DNA of 64,000 nt from an uncultured Enterobacteriaceae bacterium. GTDB taxonomy: Bacteria; Pseudomonadota; Gammaproteobacteria; Eutrophobiales; Eutrophobiaceae. Positions 60,205 through 64,000 of the stretch are shown here, in pieces. The stretch's first letter is position 1, and the number at the start of each line of letters is the position of its first letter. Position numbers and translations under genes: made by a program. The stretch covers positions 4,118 to 68,117 of the forward strand of contig CAYMPA010000001.1 in assembly GCA_964392105.1 (NCBI GenBank), read 5' to 3'. The notes beneath the pieces were generated by a model. It ran no database searches, was not told the origin of the DNA, and saw nothing but the letters and a program-made list of their open reading frames with translations.

Positions 60205-62922
60205 CTAATGTGCCTCGTCCCAGTTATTTCCATAACCGATATCGACTTCTAGGGGCACACTGAGACGATCATTCCTGGACATGCGAATGTCTATCTCTTT
60301 GATAAACGCATCTAATGTCTCTGTGGCTACTTCAAATACCAGTTCGTCATGCACTTGCATGATCATCTTTGCGCTAATTTCTGTATTTTGTAACCAGTTA
60401 TCTATATCTATCATGGCAAGTTTGATGATATCAGCGGCTGTACCCTGCATTGGTGCATTGATTGCCGTTCGTTCTGCGTATTGTCGTCGTGCTGCATTAC
60501 GGGCAGTAATTTCAGGTAAGTACAAACGGCGATTGTAGACAGTTTCAACAAAACCATTTTTCCTGGCTTTCTCACGCGTGGTATCCATAAAAGATTTTAC
60601 GCCCGGATACCGATTGAAATAGAGCTCGACGTATTGTTGAGCCTCACCACGTTCAATACCGAGTTGTTTGGCTAGCCCAAATGCTGACATGCCATAGATT
60701 AATCCAAAGTTAATTGCCTTGGCAGCGCGTCGTTGATCACTGTTAATATCATCAATTGGTACAGAAAACACCTCGGCGGCAGTTGTCTTGTGTATGTCCT
60801 GTCCTTTCTCAAAAGCATCTAATAATCCCTTGTCGCCAGATAAATGAGCCATGATGCGTAATTCAATTTGTGAATAGTCTGCTGCAACCAGTGTATAGTC
60901 TTTTGGCGCGATAAATGCCTGTCGTATCTTCCTTCCTTCCGGCGTGCGAACAGGAATGTTTTGCAGATTCGGATTAGAAGATGACAGTCGTCCGGTAGCA
61001 GTTACGGCCTGATGATATGATGTATGAACGCGCCCGGTTTCAGGGTTTACCATCTGCGGTAATTTTTCTGTGTAAGTCGAACAAAGCTTGCTCATGCTTC
61101 GATAGTCAAGAATTAAACGGGGCAGTTCATAATCTTCCGCTAATTCTTGTAATACGGACTCAGCTGTAGAGGGTTGTCCCTTCGGGGTTTTGGCAAGAAT
61201 AGGCAAGTCCATTTTTTCATACAAGACAGTTTGAATTTGTTTTGGTGATCCTATGTTAAAGGTCTCACCTGCAAGGTTGTGCGCCTCAATCTCGATCTCT
61301 TGCATGCGCGCTGTTAGATCATGCGCTTGTTGCATCAGCATATCCGAATCAATAACAACACCGTTTCGCTCGATTTCTGCAAGTACCGTTAACAGTGGCA
61401 TTTCAATCGTCCTGTATACTTGCTCAAGATCCACGTGATTTTTAAGTTCCGACGCTATAACGCGATGGAGTTTTAATACAATATCGGCATCTTCTGCGGC
61501 ATAAGGCGCAGCATCTTCAATGTTAACCTGATTAAAAGGGATTTGTTTTGCCCCCTTGCCCGCGACATCCTCATAATGGATCGTTTCAATATTTAAATAA
61601 TTTAATGCCAGTGAATCCATGTCGTGTCGACTGGCAGTACTATTCAAAACATACGAAGCCAGCATTGTGTCATGCTCTATACCTCGTAGTTTGATTTGAT
61701 AATTTGCAAAAACCTCCAGATCATATTTCAGGTTCTGGCCTATCTTGTTTTTTCCTTCATCTTCTAGAATGGCTTTGAGTTTTTCTAATGTGGTTGATAA
61801 TGAAAGTTGTTCCGGCGCACCGGTATAATCGTGTTGTAGTGGTATGTAAGCGGCATGGTTCTCGGAAACGGCAAACGAAATACCGACGATTTTGGCCTTC
61901 ATATAATCAAGACTGTTGGTCTCCGTATCGATCGAGATCAATTCCGCGCCATTTAATCTTGATATCCATTGATCCAATTGTTCAGATGCTAATATCGTTT
62001 CATATATAGGGCCATCTGAATCCTGGGATGCTTCATTAACGACCGTTTTATCATTATGGCTGTCATGATGGTTATCATGAAGTTGCGAAAGCCATGTTCG
62101 GAAATTCCAGTAACTGTACATTTCCTTTAAAACAGAATTATCAGGTGCGGTGATAACCAGATCTTCTGGCGCATAATCGAGGTCGACGTCATATTTGAGC
62201 GTTACAAGTTCCCTGCTTAAAGGTATTTGCGGCAGGAATTTACGAAGGTTTTCACCGACCTTGCCCTTTATTTCATCAGCGTGGGCAATTAATTCATCCA
62301 GTGAGCCGTACTTGGTTAACCACTTTACAGCGGTTTTTGGCCCAACCTTGGGTACGCCCGGGACATTGTCAACGCTATCACCGACCAGTGTCAGATAATC
62401 AATGATCTTTTCCGGTGGAACACCAAACTTTTCCTCTACTCCAGCAGGATCCAGATAGGCATCACTCATTGTATTGATAAGGTGTATACGATCATTGACC
62501 ATTTGCGCCAGATCTTTATCGCCAGTCGATACGATTGTTTTGATGCCACTATTTGCTGCTTGCCTGGATAAGGTTGCAATTACATCATCGGCCTCAACAC
62601 CATCGATCATTATCAATGGAATACCCATGGCGCGTATCAGGTCATGTAAGGGCTGGATCTGACAGACAAGATCATCCGGCATGGGCGGTCGATTGGCCTT
62701 ATAATCTTCATACAGATCATTGCGAAAGGTTTTTCCCCTGGCGTCGAAAATAATAGCGAAATAATCAGGCCCGCCTTCCGTTAAGTGTTTCTTGACCATA
62801 TTTATGACGCCATAGATTGCGCCAGTTGGCTCGTCTTTTGCGTTACTTAAACCATGTATAGCATGGTAGGCACGAAACATATAATAGGAGCCGTCAATCA
62901 GCACCATTGTGTGTTCGGTCAT
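60205..62922 (-). CDS. polA: DNA polymerase I
   Basis: 905 aa with a 5'-3' exonuclease domain, a 3'-5' exonuclease domain and polymerase motifs A, B and C (DYSQIELR, RRAAKAINFGLIYG, VHDE). Confidence 0.97.
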   Translation of the reverse strand: MTEHTMVLIDGSYYMFRAYHAIHGLSNAKDEPTGAIYGVINMVKKHLTEGGPDYFAIIFDARGKTFRNDLYEDYKANRPPMPDDLVCQIQPLHDLIRAMGIPLIMIDGVEADDVIATLSRQAANSGIKTIVSTGDKDLAQMVNDRIHLINTMSDAYLDPAGVEEKFGVPPEKIIDYLTLVGDSVDNVPGVPKVGPKTAVKWLTKYGSLDELIAHADEIKGKVGENLRKFLPQIPLSRELVTLKYDVDLDYAPEDLVITAPDNSVLKEMYSYWNFRTWLSQLHDNHHDSHNDKTVVNEASQDSDGPIYETILASEQLDQWISRLNGAELISIDTETNSLDYMKAKIVGISFAVSENHAAYIPLQHDYTGAPEQLSLSTTLEKLKAILEDEGKNKIGQNLKYDLEVFANYQIKLRGIEHDTMLASYVLNSTASRHDMDSLALNYLNIETIHYEDVAGKGAKQIPFNQVNIEDAAPYAAEDADIVLKLHRVIASELKNHVDLEQVYRTIEMPLLTVLAEIERNGVVIDSDMLMQQAHDLTARMQEIEIEAHNLAGETFNIGSPKQIQTVLYEKMDLPILAKTPKGQPSTAESVLQELAEDYELPRLILDYRSMSKLCSTYTEKLPQMVNPETGRVHTSYHQAVTATGRLSSSNPNLQNIPVRTPEGRKIRQAFIAPKDYTLVAADYSQIELRIMAHLSGDKGLLDAFEKGQDIHKTTAAEVFSVPIDDINSDQRRAAKAINFGLIYGMSAFGLAKQLGIERGEAQQYVELYFNRYPGVKSFMDTTREKARKNGFVETVYNRRLYLPEITARNAARRQYAERTAINAPMQGTAADIIKLAMIDIDNWLQNTEISAKMIMQVHDELVFEVATETLDAFIKEIDIRMSRNDRLSVPLEVDIGYGNNWDEAH

Positions 62923-63104
62923 AGGGCGTCGAAAAGTTAACAGTGAATATATATTTACGAAGTTAAATTATGACAGTTTCATCAAAAAATCTCAGACTTT
63001 TACAGGTACAATAATGCAACATTGGATTTCCATATCGATCTACTTCATCTAAGCAGATTGAGGTGGTAAAGTAAGATCCCAATACCTGCGAAGGATAGGA
63101 TAGT

Positions 63105-63446
63105 ATGAAAAGGTTTTTAATCTTATTAGGACTGCTTTTCGCTTCATCAGCGCTAATAGCGGGCAATTCAAACCCGGGCGGTCTGGAGCCGGTTCCGGAA
63201 CCACCGGAACTGCCAGACCCGGTTGAATCGGGTGAAAATATTGAGCCTCAGGTCACGATCATTCGTAAAGAGGATGCAGTTATAGAGGAATATCGGATTA
63301 ACGGTTTTCTTTATATGGTTAAAGTTACGCCAGCTATAGGGCCATCTTACTATTTAATTGATAAAGATGGTGATGGTCAGATGGATTCCAGAAGACATGA
63401 ACTGGATGATGTTATCGTTCCGCAATGGGTATTATTTACCTGGTAA
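63105..63446 (+). CDS. DUF2782-like secreted protein
   Basis: Signal peptide plus the pattern ...VTIIRKEDAVIEEYRINGFLYMVKVTP...YLIDKDGDG. Its position between polA and thrB matches Pseudomonas synteny. Confidence 0.55.
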   Translation: MKRFLILLGLLFASSALIAGNSNPGGLEPVPEPPELPDPVESGENIEPQVTIIRKEDAVIEEYRINGFLYMVKVTPAIGPSYYLIDKDGDGQMDSRRHELDDVIVPQWVLFTW

Positions 63447-63555
63447 TCACGCATCAATATCAATCTAGTCAATTATTAACCATATAAGCCAGGTATATAA
63501 ATTCTGTTAATAATCCTGATTTCGATCAGGTTACTCCCGTTGAACAAATAACACT

Positions 63556-64000
63556 ATGTCGGTTTATACAAACGTTTTGCCGCATGAACTCGATGAGTTC
63601 CTGAAAAATTATTCGCTTGGTCAATTACAACAATTCGCGGGAATCAGTGATGGTATTGAAAATACTAATTACTTTGTAATAACAAGCAAGGGCCAGTATG
63701 TTCTGACATTGTTTGAAGCGCTTAGTTTTCAAGAGCTGCCTTATTTCCTTGAGTTAATGGCCTTCCTGGCCGAAGCAAACATCCCAAGTGCGCATCCTGT
63801 TCCAGATAATCAAGGCGATTATCTTCGTGCCTTGAACGGCAAGCCCGCTGCATTGGTAAAAAGATTAAACGGCGCAAGCATAGACGTCCCTAATTATAAG
63901 CAATGCAGATCGATTGGCGTGCAAATGGCAAGGATGCATATTACAAGCAGTGAATTTAATCTTACTCGTAAACCGGCTCGGGGCACCGAATGGCGAACAC
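63556..64000 (+). CDS. thrB: Homoserine kinase, APH-type (ThrB, Pseudomonas type), 5' part; the gene runs off the right edge of the window
   Basis: Translation from ATG 63556: MSVYTNVLPHELDEFLKNYSLGQLQQFAGISDGIENTNYFVITSKGQYVLTLFE... It is not in the track because it has no stop within the window. Confidence 0.78.
   Translation, partial: MSVYTNVLPHELDEFLKNYSLGQLQQFAGISDGIENTNYFVITSKGQYVLTLFEALSFQELPYFLELMAFLAEANIPSAHPVPDNQGDYLRALNGKPAALVKRLNGASIDVPNYKQCRSIGVQMARMHITSSEFNLTRKPARGTEWRT

Overview
This 64 kb window is a gammaproteobacterial chromosomal segment of about 40% GC. It spans the dnaA/dnaN/recF/gyrB and rpmH/rnpA/yidD/yidC/mnmE replication-origin neighbourhood, with Pseudomonas-like gene order. 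Gene content, left to right:
- a partial M16 peptidase gene, then ftsYEX-rpoH;
- a frameshifted dCMP-deaminase gene;
- GST and dienelactone-hydrolase genes, a cation/H+ antiporter, sixA, and msrA/msrB encoding exported enzymes;
- a complete aa3/caa3-type cytochrome c oxidase structural and assembly cluster (ctaA, SCO1, ctaB, SURF1, DUF2909, coxC, cox11, coxA, coxB with a fused cytochrome c domain, DUF2244), with a divergent heme-copper-oxidase-like paralog next to ctaA;
- bioBFHCD and comF;
- gyrB-recF-dnaN-dnaA, then rpmH-rnpA-yidD-yidC-mnmE;
- an AT-rich LPS-core (waa-like) glycosyltransferase cluster;
- ilvE, a rhodanese gene, a membrane-anchored C13 peptidase gene, tatABC, hisAFIE, polA, a DUF2782 gene and the 5' part of thrB.
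I found no tRNA or rRNA gene and no CRISPR array. The most striking non-genic content is at least two families of roughly 170-350 bp GC-rich, hairpin-dense interspersed repeats with terminal inverted repeats (MITE-like). There are about 6 copies or partial copies, three of them in or beside the cox cluster, and they generate several spurious ORFs in the six-frame track. Other points are an atypical origin layout (one DnaA box upstream of dnaA plus an AT-rich array of DnaA-box-like 9-mers between dnaA and dnaN), two FNR/ANR-type palindromes upstream of the cox operon, a bioO-like BirA operator and a CuB-ligand-deficient HCO paralog.
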